This document shows, one piece after another, positions 19,901-27,101 of a DNA stretch of 64,000 nucleotides. Numbering within the stretch: position 1 is the first letter of the stretch; the number at the start of each line of letters is the position of its first letter. The translations under genes and the position numbers were made by a program. Under the pieces are notes generated by a model that worked only from the letters and a program-made list of their open reading frames with translations, did no database searches and was not told the DNA's origin. The stretch comes from an uncultured Holophagae bacterium. GTDB lineage: Bacteria; Acidobacteriota; Thermoanaerobaculia; Thermoanaerobaculales; Sulfomarinibacteraceae. Where the stretch lies: positions 669,544 to 733,543 of the forward strand of contig CAWDGW010000017.1 of NCBI GenBank assembly GCA_963801995.1. The letters are read 5' to 3'.

Positions 19901-20244
19901 GCGGCCTCGACGTCAATCCCCAGAACGCGGCGGCCTACCAGACGGCGGCCAAGGCCCACCGCTGGCGAGCCGAATGGCTCCGTTCCATGCGTCGAGACCC
20001 CAATCCCGACATCACCGCGGGCCTCCGACTGATTCGTACGGCGCTCCAGCTGAACCCCGCCCTCGCCAATGCCCTGATGACTGAAGCCGCACTTCTGATC
20101 CTCCAGGCCGAAGCATCCGACTCCCCTACCGAGCGCCAGAATCTGGTTCGGTCCGCCACCCGGTCGCTGGATCGAGCCATCGAAATCAATCCGGTCCTCG
20201 AACGCGAAGCCCGCCAACTCCGAGAGCGTGCGGAGCTGATCTAG
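16993..20244 (+). CDS. Ser/Thr protein kinase with one TM segment and a long C-terminal TPR region
   Basis: Has the kinase motifs GRGGMGDVFKA, HRDIKPANILV, DFGIA and GTPAFAAPEQ, then TM LTAIGLAVLVAFAFVVGYAL, then about 650 aa of TPR-like repeats (AxxNRGLxY, NPxYAxAY). Confidence 0.9.
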   Translation: MGLTPDDVLRARAAFDENAAEILRLAVERGLISPTEADTAITHAHVEVTQTADGTPPPVVEVLAHSGVLDPSTLAGLARELGLPDDHASTWAGMENAAFPDSFDVPPVKDWDRYEIVDFIGRGGMGDVFKARDPRLGRFVALKFLRRDTPEIVHRFLREARVQARIDHDNVCQVYEVGEVDGHPYIAMQYIAGGSLKEISDLLTIPEKARIMVDVADALHAAHQAGLIHRDIKPANILVERLSEGGWRPYVVDFGIAREAEGRDVTISGMVLGTPAFAAPEQVRGEIDRLDRRTDVYSLGATMYWFLTDRAPYEGGYPEVLAGITDREPVPPHRIKPEIAVDLETVTLKCLEKEQDRRYPTARAVSEDLRRFLSGEPITARPTTLFYKLGKKVRKYKGLTAIGLAVLVAFAFVVGYALRSNLMARRQAAIAQHLLVQANEIDNLARITAMMPLHDRRQEETRINRRMREIEEETARLGRLAFGPGHYALGRGYLALQRYEQALEHLQLAEESGYDNPAVSYATGMVLGRLYEAQLQRASQLDDEALRNAFRRSIEAEYREPALAYLRASETSQPEAAAYAEGLIAFYERRYDEALAKARSAFDEADWLHEAKKLEGDIYLTLATENRFRGEYDQALAELEMSGKAYFAAFDIARSDATILDGECTRWIEVLETEAARGDPARSTFDQALAACDRSLLVNPDRSAAHEQLSWLHWRWADLVNDRGDDPSDFLDRAIEYARRAIQIDPDSASAHHKLGGAMLVAGVHEMGQGHDPRSTLERAVASLQAAAKADPSMVPAHDDLGYAWERIARYELSAGLDPRSALDNAIASFDRAININPEYANPYNNKGIALWRRGYYELKTGLDPEQSLDQALDALSAATTINPNYAYAYANRGLTYRTKALHLLELDENPTPWLDQARVNYDKALTIKPGIFWGYPEQASVELLSARWAMRQGRSPEPFFEAAARAAQRGLDVNPQNAAAYQTAAKAHRWRAEWLRSMRRDPNPDITAGLRLIRTALQLNPALANALMTEAALLILQAEASDSPTERQNLVRSATRSLDRAIEINPVLEREARQLRERAELI

Positions 20245-20345
20245 CCCGCCGCCTCATGGTTCCTGTGTGTTAGTGTGTCGGGCGAACAGACCCGCTCACG
20301 GATCGTGAAATATTGTTGCTGTTGACGCGAATGGAGGACAGGAAG

Positions 20346-20765
20346 ATGAAAAGAACATTGTTGCTGGCGACCGTTGGGCTCGCACTTCTCGTTGCACCGA
20401 GCGCCGGAGCCCAGGAAGAAATCATCGACAACGTCATGGCGGCCTGTGCACCAGAGATTGAGGCCTACTGCAGTCAGGTAACCCTCGGCGAAGGCCGGCT
20501 GCTGGCCTGCTTCTACGCCCACGAGGACAAGCTCTCGGGCCGCTGCCAGTACGCCCTCTACGAGGGGGCCGCCCAACTCGAACAGTTCGCCGTCGCGGTC
20601 ACCCACCTGGCGAACGCGTGTTTCGATGACGTCGAGAAGTACTGCGCCGAGGTCGAGCTTGGCGAGGGACGAGTCGGCACCTGCCTGTTGGAGCACAAGG
20701 CCGAGGTCACGGATGCCTGCCGCCAGGCCATGGACGACGTCCAACTCGAGGTCGGGGGAGAATAG
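20346..20765 (+). CDS. secreted cysteine-rich repeat protein
   Basis: Signal peptide MKRTLLLATVGLALLVAPSAGAQ. Two copies of C-x3-(E/V)-x2-YC-x2-V-x2-GEGR-x3-C-x3-H-x6-C. GGAGGA lies upstream of ATG 20346. Confidence 0.65.
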   Translation: MKRTLLLATVGLALLVAPSAGAQEEIIDNVMAACAPEIEAYCSQVTLGEGRLLACFYAHEDKLSGRCQYALYEGAAQLEQFAVAVTHLANACFDDVEKYCAEVELGEGRVGTCLLEHKAEVTDACRQAMDDVQLEVGGE

Positions 20766-20915
20766 CCCCCCAACGGGTGCCGTCGCGATATCGGGAGGTA
20801 CACTGCCCGGCAGTGTCGTCTCGCCTCGAATGGCCCAAACCATCGGGGGCAGGCGCCGTAGAACATCACGATCGGAATGAACGCCGAACGCTGATGTGGA
20901 CGGAGTTGGCTCGAA

Positions 20916-22244
20916 ATGAACCTCGCACGCCGAGTTGTGTTGAATTCCCTGATGATCGCGTTCGCCGGCGCAGCCGCATTTCCACCCCAACCTCTGGTCG
21001 CCGCAGGGACGGAGGTCCCGACGTGCCGTGGCGACACCGTGGTCGCGGACCCTTCTTACGCCGACCGGACAATCGCCTTTGCCACGCGTCTGGCCGAGCT
21101 CGGACCCCGCCCGGCGGCTGGCGAAGCTGAAGCTCGAGCCCGCGCGATGGTCGTCGCCGAGTTGGAGGCCATCGGACTGGACGTCGCCATCGAGCCCTTC
21201 GGGTACCGGTCGTTCACCATCGAAAGGACCAGTCTCGAGCTCGGGGGCGCCTCGGCCGAGCCCGTGATATTGGGGCTGGACCCCTTCGTTGACCGCCTCG
21301 ATTTCGCAGGGACGGCGGTTGTGGTGACGGACCCGGCTCAGGCCTCGCAGGCCATCGACGGGCACATCGTCGTCACCAATCACCCCCTCATGCAGCTCAT
21401 GATCGCCGAGTTCAACCCTGCGGTGGTGATCTGCGTCGAACCCGCCGATCTGGAAGCGTTCACGGCTCGGGGCAACCTCGAGGTCTCCCTCCAGGTCCAC
21501 GGCAAACCCATCGTGCTGCGATCAGCCAACGTGGTTGCTCGAATCGGACCGCCGAAGCCCTCCGGGCGGGGAATCCTCGTCACCTCCCACACCGATGCCT
21601 ACCAGGACAGCCCTGGGGCCAACGACAACGGCACCGGCCTCGGTCTCATGATCGAGCTCGCGCGGGCGTTCGCGACGAACTCCGAGCAACTCGACACCTC
21701 GATCACCTTCATCGCATTCGGCGCCGAGGAAAATGGAGCGATCGGCTCGCGAGCCTACCTCCAGGACCACCTCGCAGACCTGGCAGAGGTCGTCGCCGTG
21801 GTCAACCTCGACACCCTTGGTGGGGCACTTGGACCGGTGATCGCCACCAAGCCATCTGAGAAACCTGAATCCCCGATAGAGCTCCAGAACCGCATTCCCG
21901 AGTCGCTCCAGGGAAAAGCCTGGGAAGGCCCTCAAGGCCAGTGGAGGATCATCCACCCCGAGATCATCCCCACCGCCTTTACCTCGCACTATCCCGAGTG
22001 GCTGTACGAGATCGTCAACCAGAGCGCTGCCGACCTCGGCATCGAGATCGTGCACCTCGATCTGATCTCCGACCACCGCACCTTTGCCCTGGCCGGCGTG
22101 CCGGCCATCAGCATCCAGTCACGCGAGCACCACATCCACTCAAAGCAAGACACGGCCGACGCTCTGGTGCCCGAGACCATCGCCGCCGGCGCCAAGCTCG
22201 CAGCGAGAATCCTGTGTCGCCTGCAAGCCGGATCTGATGAATGA
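20916..22244 (+). CDS. M28-family zinc aminopeptidase, secreted
   Basis: HTDAYQDSPGANDNGTGLGLMIELARAF and FIAFGAEENGAIGSRAYL match the M28 metal-ligand blocks. The N-terminus is signal-like. Confidence 0.8.
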   Translation: MNLARRVVLNSLMIAFAGAAAFPPQPLVAAGTEVPTCRGDTVVADPSYADRTIAFATRLAELGPRPAAGEAEARARAMVVAELEAIGLDVAIEPFGYRSFTIERTSLELGGASAEPVILGLDPFVDRLDFAGTAVVVTDPAQASQAIDGHIVVTNHPLMQLMIAEFNPAVVICVEPADLEAFTARGNLEVSLQVHGKPIVLRSANVVARIGPPKPSGRGILVTSHTDAYQDSPGANDNGTGLGLMIELARAFATNSEQLDTSITFIAFGAEENGAIGSRAYLQDHLADLAEVVAVVNLDTLGGALGPVIATKPSEKPESPIELQNRIPESLQGKAWEGPQGQWRIIHPEIIPTAFTSHYPEWLYEIVNQSAADLGIEIVHLDLISDHRTFALAGVPAISIQSREHHIHSKQDTADALVPETIAAGAKLAARILCRLQAGSDE

Positions 22245-22262
22245 GGCGCTTGTCTGCGGGTT

Positions 22263-22295
22263 CCCGAATCCGAGCCCGAATCCCGAGCCCCGAGA
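22263..22295. repeat. imperfect 7-bp array CCCGAAT CCGAGC CCGAAT CCCGAGC CCCGAGA
   Basis: Lies between convergent genes. It is G-rich (GGGG-type) on the minus strand, 43 nt after the stop of the minus-strand RHH gene. Confidence 0.8.
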
Positions 22296-22337
22296 TCCTG
22301 CACCACCAGTCCTCAGAGGATCGGCGATTGAAGCCTC

Positions 22338-22643
22338 TTACAGGGGGCACACGTCGCCCGGGCAGTCGTCCTCGAACGGGCAACTTTCGTACGGGCAGTT
22401 GGCCTTCCTGAGGGTCTTCCTGGCCCGCTCCCAGTCTACCGGCATGGCGGCGCTTTGCTGGCGCTGCCCTACGGCACCCCGAATCTCATCCACGTGGCGC
22501 AGGTAGTGCTCCACTGCGCGTTGGACGATTTCCGAGCGGGTCACGCTGAACCGACTGGCGGCGTCAGCGACCCAACCGGCAGTCTCGTCTGAAAGTTCGG
22601 TATAAAACTCGACCACGGCATCCCCTTTTGTGTTCATTGGCAT
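22338..22643 (-). CDS. ribbon-helix-helix (CopG/Arc-like) protein with Cys-rich C-terminal tail
   Basis: VVEFYTELSDETAGWVADAASRFSVTRSEIVQRAVEHYL follows the beta-strand/helix/helix pattern of RHH proteins. The tail is CPYESCPFEDDCPGDVCPL. The start is uncertain (ATG 22643 or 22637); a perfect TATAAT overlaps 22643, so the mRNA may be leaderless from 22637. Confidence 0.55.
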   Translation of the reverse strand: MPMNTKGDAVVEFYTELSDETAGWVADAASRFSVTRSEIVQRAVEHYLRHVDEIRGAVGQRQQSAAMPVDWERARKTLRKANCPYESCPFEDDCPGDVCPL

Positions 22644-22712
22644 TATAGACCACAACTGCAACTGATTCTCAGAACGAAATTCACAGTCAGGGGATTCCAA
22701 CAGGGGCGCAGT

Positions 22713-22789
22713 TGGCGGGGCTAGCAGGACTCGAACCTGCGACCAATGGTTTAGGAAACCACTGCTCTATCCACCTGAGCTATAGCCCC
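22713..22789 (-). tRNA. tRNA-Arg (anticodon CCU), CCA encoded
   Basis: The minus strand reads GGGGCTA TA GCTC AGGTGGATA GAGC A GTGGT TTCCTAA ACCAT TGGTC GCAGG TTCGAGT CCTGC TAGCCCC G CCA. This folds into a full cloverleaf with a 7-bp acceptor stem, U33, anticodon CCT and a purine at position 37. Confidence 0.85.
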
Positions 22790-22842
22790 GCACGGGGAGT
22801 CCGATGCTAAGCCGATGGCTTCTGGCTGTCAATCGCGGGCCG

Positions 22843-22908
22843 GTGCCGTGAGGCGGGATGGGCCGCAGAAGAACGCGGTTTAGGAATTGGGCGCAGATCG
22901 ACGCAGTT
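22843..22908 (+). other. copy A of a ~65-nt post-tag element (..GTGCCGTGAGGCGGGATGGGCCGCAGAAGAACGCGG..GCGCAGATCGACGCAG)
   Basis: About 85% identical by eye to 26350-26414. It starts with GTG CCG TGA, resembling the V-P-stop end of the tagged genes. A weaker third copy lies at 24166-24230. Confidence 0.6.
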
Positions 22909-22922
22909 CAACAGCCCCAGCA

Positions 22923-23004
22923 CCAGGGCCGACACATTTGGCGGTTGGTGGGTGGTTCAAAACCATCTTGACTCGGCACGAAGGGTCAACAGTGTCGGCC
23001 CTGG
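22923..23004. repeat. 13-bp perfect inverted repeat CCAGGGCCGACAC / GTGTCGGCCCTGG with 56-nt spacer
   Basis: Read directly. The spacer contains two smaller hairpins (GGTGGTT-caaa-AACCATC and TTGAC-N12-GTCAA). It may be a structured RNA or terminator next to the tRNA. Confidence 0.6.
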
Positions 23005-23056
23005 CACCGATATCGGCGCTTTTTCTGCCTCCGCACATTATCCGCATGTTTTCCTC

Positions 23057-23085
23057 ATGACAATCTCGTTTCTGAGACCTATATT
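23057..23085 (+). promoter_or_regulatory. putative sigma70-type promoter
   Basis: ATGACA-N17-TATATT, 40 nt upstream of ATG 23125. Confidence 0.4.
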
Positions 23086-23124
23086 GTGACCAACTGTTCA
23101 GATCTACAGAACGGGGGGAGAGTC

Positions 23125-24174
23125 ATGAGCCGCCCGATGCCGTTGGCCTGGTGGCCGCCGTTTGCTGTCGTATGTCTGGGTGTCCTTGCGCCGCCAGCGG
23201 GCGCGCAGGTGTGTCCGGAATTGGTGGGCGTCTTGCCGGGAGCTATCGGTGTCGTCACAGCGTCGGGTGACTACGCATACCTTTGTGGTGACTGCTATTC
23301 AAACGGCGGTGACCTTCATATTGCCGACGTCTCACATCCCTCGGTGCCGGAGGTCGTCGGCCAGTTCGAGATGCCGGAGCTTGATATTCACCAGATCGCC
23401 GTGCAGGACGGTTACGCTTACGTCGTAGGCACGGAGTTTTCGAGTGGGAGTCTTCGTGTGATCGACGTAGCCGATCCGCGCGCCCCCGTGGAGGTGGGGC
23501 GCTTCGACGTCCCGGACGCTTCGGCCACAGCGGTCTCGGTGTCTGGCGCCAACGCGTATGTCGGGTACTTTATCCCGGGTGGATTCCCGTTCCGAGTTCT
23601 CGACGTGAGTGATCCACAGCATCCCATGGAGGTGGGAACGGCTCCTACGCATTGGGTTTACGACGTGGCAGTGGCGGACCACTACGCGTACGTCTCATCA
23701 GGCGATATTTTTCTTTCTTACCTTCAGGTGATCGACGTGAGCGATCCATCCGCACCGGTAGTGTTGGTCACGGTTTTATACTTCGGCGGCCAAATCGCGG
23801 TTGACAACAGCTATTTGTACGCAGCTGGGGGCTCCGGCCTTCGGGTCATCGACGTGAGCGATCCGTCCAACCCGGTCGAGGTCGGCTTTGTCGACTTGCC
23901 GGACGGCGCTGGGGACGTCGCGGTATCGTCCGGCTTCGCCTACGTCACCGACTACCCCGCTGGCCTTCGGGTCATCGACGTGAGTCATCCAACCGCACCC
24001 GTGGAGGTCGGTTTTTTCGACACAGACGGCCTCGCCACAGGTGTCTCGGTTTCAGATGGCTACGTATTTGTTGCGGATGGCAATGGCGGCCTGAAGATCT
24101 TCCGAGAGTGTGGTGTGTTCTTGGACGGTTTCGAGTCCGGCGACACAGCGGAGTGGTCGGCGGTGGTGCCGTAG
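23125..24174 (+). CDS. secreted LVIVD-repeat beta-propeller protein carrying the C-terminal GDTxxWSxxVP tag
   Basis: Signal-like MSRPMPLAWWPPFAVVCLGVLAPPAGAQ. Has about 7 repeats of the L(R/Q)V(I/L)DVSDPxxPVEVG type. Ends ...FLDGFESGDTAEWSAVVP*. Confidence 0.8.
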   Translation: MSRPMPLAWWPPFAVVCLGVLAPPAGAQVCPELVGVLPGAIGVVTASGDYAYLCGDCYSNGGDLHIADVSHPSVPEVVGQFEMPELDIHQIAVQDGYAYVVGTEFSSGSLRVIDVADPRAPVEVGRFDVPDASATAVSVSGANAYVGYFIPGGFPFRVLDVSDPQHPMEVGTAPTHWVYDVAVADHYAYVSSGDIFLSYLQVIDVSDPSAPVVLVTVLYFGGQIAVDNSYLYAAGGSGLRVIDVSDPSNPVEVGFVDLPDGAGDVAVSSGFAYVTDYPAGLRVIDVSHPTAPVEVGFFDTDGLATGVSVSDGYVFVADGNGGLKIFRECGVFLDGFESGDTAEWSAVVP

Positions 24175-24285
24175 AACGGATAGGCCGCGGATGAACGCAG
24201 ATCAGGCGCAATGAGGCGCAGTCAAAAAAACGATCTGGCGAACCGGCCGTATCCACAGTGAAGGTGTTCAGCCGGGGGAGGTGCC

Positions 24286-25445
24286 GTGATGTTCCGTGTC
24301 GCCGCGATATTGGTGACGGTGCTCTGTGGGCTCCAGCCCACAGCCGCTTTGACTCAGGTGCAGTGGCAGGTGGTCGTCAGCGATGGTTTGGGTGACAACG
24401 ACAACGGCGACGCCGGAGCGATGTCGGTTTTTCAGCAGCAGCTGTACATCGGGACGGCCAACTTCACCGATGGAGCCGAGCTCTGGCGCAGCCCGGACGG
24501 GACGAGCTGGGACCAGGTCAACAACGACGGCTTCGGTGACGGCGGCAATCACGCCGTGTACGCCATGGCGGTCTTCGACGGCCAGCTCTATGCGGCGACC
24601 TATCAGGGGAATATCGCCACAGGGACCGGGGTCGAGATCTGGCGTGCCGCCGACGGCTCGTCGTGGGAGCAGAGCAACAGTGACGGATTCGGGGACTCCA
24701 CCAACGCGGGCGCACTTGCGATGGCGGTTTTCGGGGGCGACCTCTACGTGGGAACCTTCAAATTCTCCACCGGGGGCTGCGAAATGTGGCGAAGCGACGA
24801 TGGAACCAACTGGACCCAGGTGAACTCCGACGGCTTCGGCGATCTCAGCAACCAGGGTGTGTTCTCCATGGCGGTCTTCGATGGCCAACTCTACGCCGGC
24901 ACCTACAAGGACAGCGGCGGCGGCGGCGAGGTGTGGCGTCCCCGGACGGCACCGCCTGGACCCAGGTCAACTCCGACGGCTTCGGAAATACCGCAGACAG
25001 GGGCATCTACTCCATGGCGGTGTTTGACGGTCAGCTGTACGCAGGAACCGGTCTCGGCGAGATCTGGCGGACCGACAACGGCACCGATTGGCAGCAGGTC
25101 GTCGGCGACGGGTTCGGCAACGACCGAAACTGGGCGATGGATTCCTTGGCTGTATACCGCGGGGAACTTTTAGCCGGCACGTACAACAGCCTGACCGGGA
25201 CCGAGGTCTGGCGAAGCGCCGACGGCTCAATATGGGAACAGGCCAACAGCGACGGATTCGGTCACGCCTGGAATTGTTCATCATCGTCGGTCGCGATCTT
25301 TGCCGAGCAGCTGCACATCGGGACCTACACCTGCGATCCCATGTTCCCTGCGCCGCCGTTCCAGGTATGGCGGACGAACAACCACATTTTCGAGGACGGC
25401 TTCGAGTCCGGCGACACCTCGGCGTGGTCGGCGGTGGTGCCGTAG
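24286..25445 (+). CDS. secreted repeat protein (~48-aa W-x-QVN-x-DGFGD / MAVFDGQLYAGT repeats), tagged; one 1-nt frameshift near 24940
   Basis: Signal-like MMFRVAAILVTVLCGLQPTAALTQ. The repeats continue seamlessly from ORF 24286-25173 into ORF 24786-25445 (..GGGGEVWR / SPDGTAWTQVNSDGFG..). Ends ..FEDGFESGDTSAWSAVVP*. Confidence 0.75.
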
Positions 25446-25454
25446 GCACGTTTC

Positions 25455-25493
25455 GAGCTTCGGGATTCGGGGTTCGGGGCTCGGGGTTTGGAG
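25455..25493. repeat. 7-bp array GAGCTTC GGGATTC GGGGTTC GGGGCTC GGGGTTT (G-quadruplex-capable)
   Basis: Lies 10 nt after the stop at 25445. Four G3-4 runs are separated by 3-4 nt. Confidence 0.9.
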
Positions 25494-25587
25494 CCACGTA
25501 CCTTGACAGCCCCTGAGTCGAGCACCAGATTCCGAGATGACGGCTCTGTTATTCAGACTGGCCATGTTCTGGAGTCGATCATGAAGA

Positions 25588-26286
25588 ATGCGACGACGCC
25601 TCTCGGATTTCGATCACCCCCTGATCACGAAAAGGCTGAACGAGCTGACCACGGACGACAAATCGGAATGGGGAAACATCGAGGCCTTATTCGATTTCGT
25701 CCGTGATGGCATCCCCTTCGCCTTCCCGATGAAGTTCAGCGACTGGGACGTTGTCAGAGCTTCTGACGTTGTCACATCAGGCTTTGGCTACTGCAACACC
25801 AAGGCGACGTTGCTCGTGGCACTGTGCAGGGCATCTGGAATCCCTGCGCGGGTGCACTACGGCTTGATTGACGTCCGAATCATGAGGGGAATCTTCCCCT
25901 CCTTCGCATTTCCATTTCTGCCGGCATCGGGGCCCCATTCCTGGACCGAGGTGGAAATCGACGGGCAGTGGAAATCGGTCGACTCCTACATCAATGACGA
26001 GACTCTTTTTCGTGCTTCGCGCCGCCGGCTCCAAAGTATGGAGCAGTCTCTCGGTTACTCACTCGCATGCGCGGACGGCAGGTGCAGCTGCGAGTTCAAT
26101 TTCGGCGACCGAGGTTTCGTCCATATGGGAGCAGTCGTCGAAGACCACGGCGTCTGGGATGACGCTTCACAGTACTTTGAGTCCGAAAAATACGTGAGGT
26201 TCAGCGCTATCCAGCGCCTGTTCTATCCCGTGATTGCCGTTGTCAGCAACCGAAATATCAGGCGACTCAGGGCCTCCCTCGGCTGA
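25588..26286 (+). CDS. transglutaminase-like cysteine protease-fold protein (no signal peptide seen)
   Basis: GFGYCNTKATLLVALCRASGIPARVHYG (catalytic Cys block), then HSWTEVEIDGQWKSVDS (His/Asp block). Confidence 0.7.
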   Translation: MRRRLSDFDHPLITKRLNELTTDDKSEWGNIEALFDFVRDGIPFAFPMKFSDWDVVRASDVVTSGFGYCNTKATLLVALCRASGIPARVHYGLIDVRIMRGIFPSFAFPFLPASGPHSWTEVEIDGQWKSVDSYINDETLFRASRRRLQSMEQSLGYSLACADGRCSCEFNFGDRGFVHMGAVVEDHGVWDDASQYFESEKYVRFSAIQRLFYPVIAVVSNRNIRRLRASLG

Positions 26287-26310
26287 CGGCCCCTTGCCCC
26301 TCGATCAACC

Positions 26311-26414
26311 GAGAATCTCATCCGCCGACACCTCGGCGTGGTCGGTGACGATGCCGGAGGCCGGGATGGTCCGCAGAAGAACGCGGGTCAGAAATTGGAC
26401 GCAGATGAACGCAG
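26311..26414 (+). other. out-of-frame remnant of the tag-coding 3' module plus copy B of the post-tag element
   Basis: 26321-26359 tccgccgacacctcggcgtggtcggtgacgatgccggag translates (+1 relative to the upstream gene) as SADTSAWSVTMPE. Compare ggcgacacctcggcgtggtcggcggtggtgccgtag (GDTSAWSAVVP*) at 25411-25445. The stop has become GAG. It is followed by the element shared with 22843-22908. Confidence 0.7.
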
Positions 26415-26591
26415 CCCACAGGAATAGGCACCACCTATCCCGTTCTTTCGATCGTTTGCATCGAGGAAATTTCGCAACTGTGAGATACGTGGCACCGCTA
26501 TTCCAATTTCTATATTGATTATAGTGATTATATTGCTTGGTATGGTACTATTGTTTTTGGAGATACCTTGAGCCCACCAAGCGACAAACCC

Positions 26592-26747
26592 ATGCTCACC
26601 TTCGTGATCGATAGGGACCTATTGGATCGGGTCGACGATTACAGGTACGAGAACCGGTTTCCTACCCGGGCGGGGGCGATCAGGTGGCTGCTGGAGTGGG
26701 CGCTGAAACAAACCCCACCGTCCGACAAACACCGGCGGAGCAAATAG
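26592..26747 (+). CDS. small ribbon-helix-helix-like protein (51 aa; below the ORF-track size cut-off)
   Basis: MLTFVIDRDLLDRVDDYRYENRFPTRAGAIRWLLEWALKQ.. shows an N-terminal beta-strand followed by two helices, as in CopG/antitoxin-like proteins. It follows an unusually AT-rich stretch (26495-26560) with direct repeats TGATTATA/GTGATTATATTG. The antisense ORF 26619-26867 is rejected. Confidence 0.45.
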   Translation: MLTFVIDRDLLDRVDDYRYENRFPTRAGAIRWLLEWALKQTPPSDKHRRSK

Positions 26748-26763
26748 CAGGAGGACCCGCGGC

Positions 26764-26967
26764 ATGGCATCCAAGTGGAAGAACCGCAAGCTCGTCTCCA
26801 ACCTGGACCCGATGGTGTACGAAAAGGACCGCGCCGGATTCATGCGCGGTCTGCGTGAGATCGACATGGCGGCCCGGCTCGGCTACGACACCCGCAACTC
26901 CTACCTCATCGTCGAGAACGACCGTGTGGTGGGCATCGGCGGCTGCGGTCCTGGAGCCAGGCGCTAA
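26764..26967 (+). CDS. small hypothetical protein (67 aa), apparently coupled to the RHH gene
   Basis: AGGAGGA lies 7 nt before ATG 26764, and the gene starts 17 nt after the upstream stop. No motif recognised. Confidence 0.4.
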   Translation: MASKWKNRKLVSNLDPMVYEKDRAGFMRGLREIDMAARLGYDTRNSYLIVENDRVVGIGGCGPGARR

Positions 26968-27101
26968 CTCAGCCGCCCACCCGCACGAAATCCGCACAAA
27001 ATCAGAAGATTTTCGTCACGACTCTTTGTCGACCACCACCCATGTTGTTTGAAGGATGCAGATGACAGAGGTCTTGCTTTCACAACAGGAAGGAGGCGAC
27101 G

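Noticed and set aside
24121-24174. Terminal motif as a known signal (T9SS C-terminal domain, PEP-CTERM, LPXTG, GlyGly-CTERM, MYXO-CTERM)
   Set aside because: At 18 residues it has no hydrophobic helix and no basic tail. It has none of the defining motifs (PEP, LPXTG, GG, Cys-lipobox), and a T9SS domain is several-fold longer. I cannot exclude an existing database model that I do not remember.
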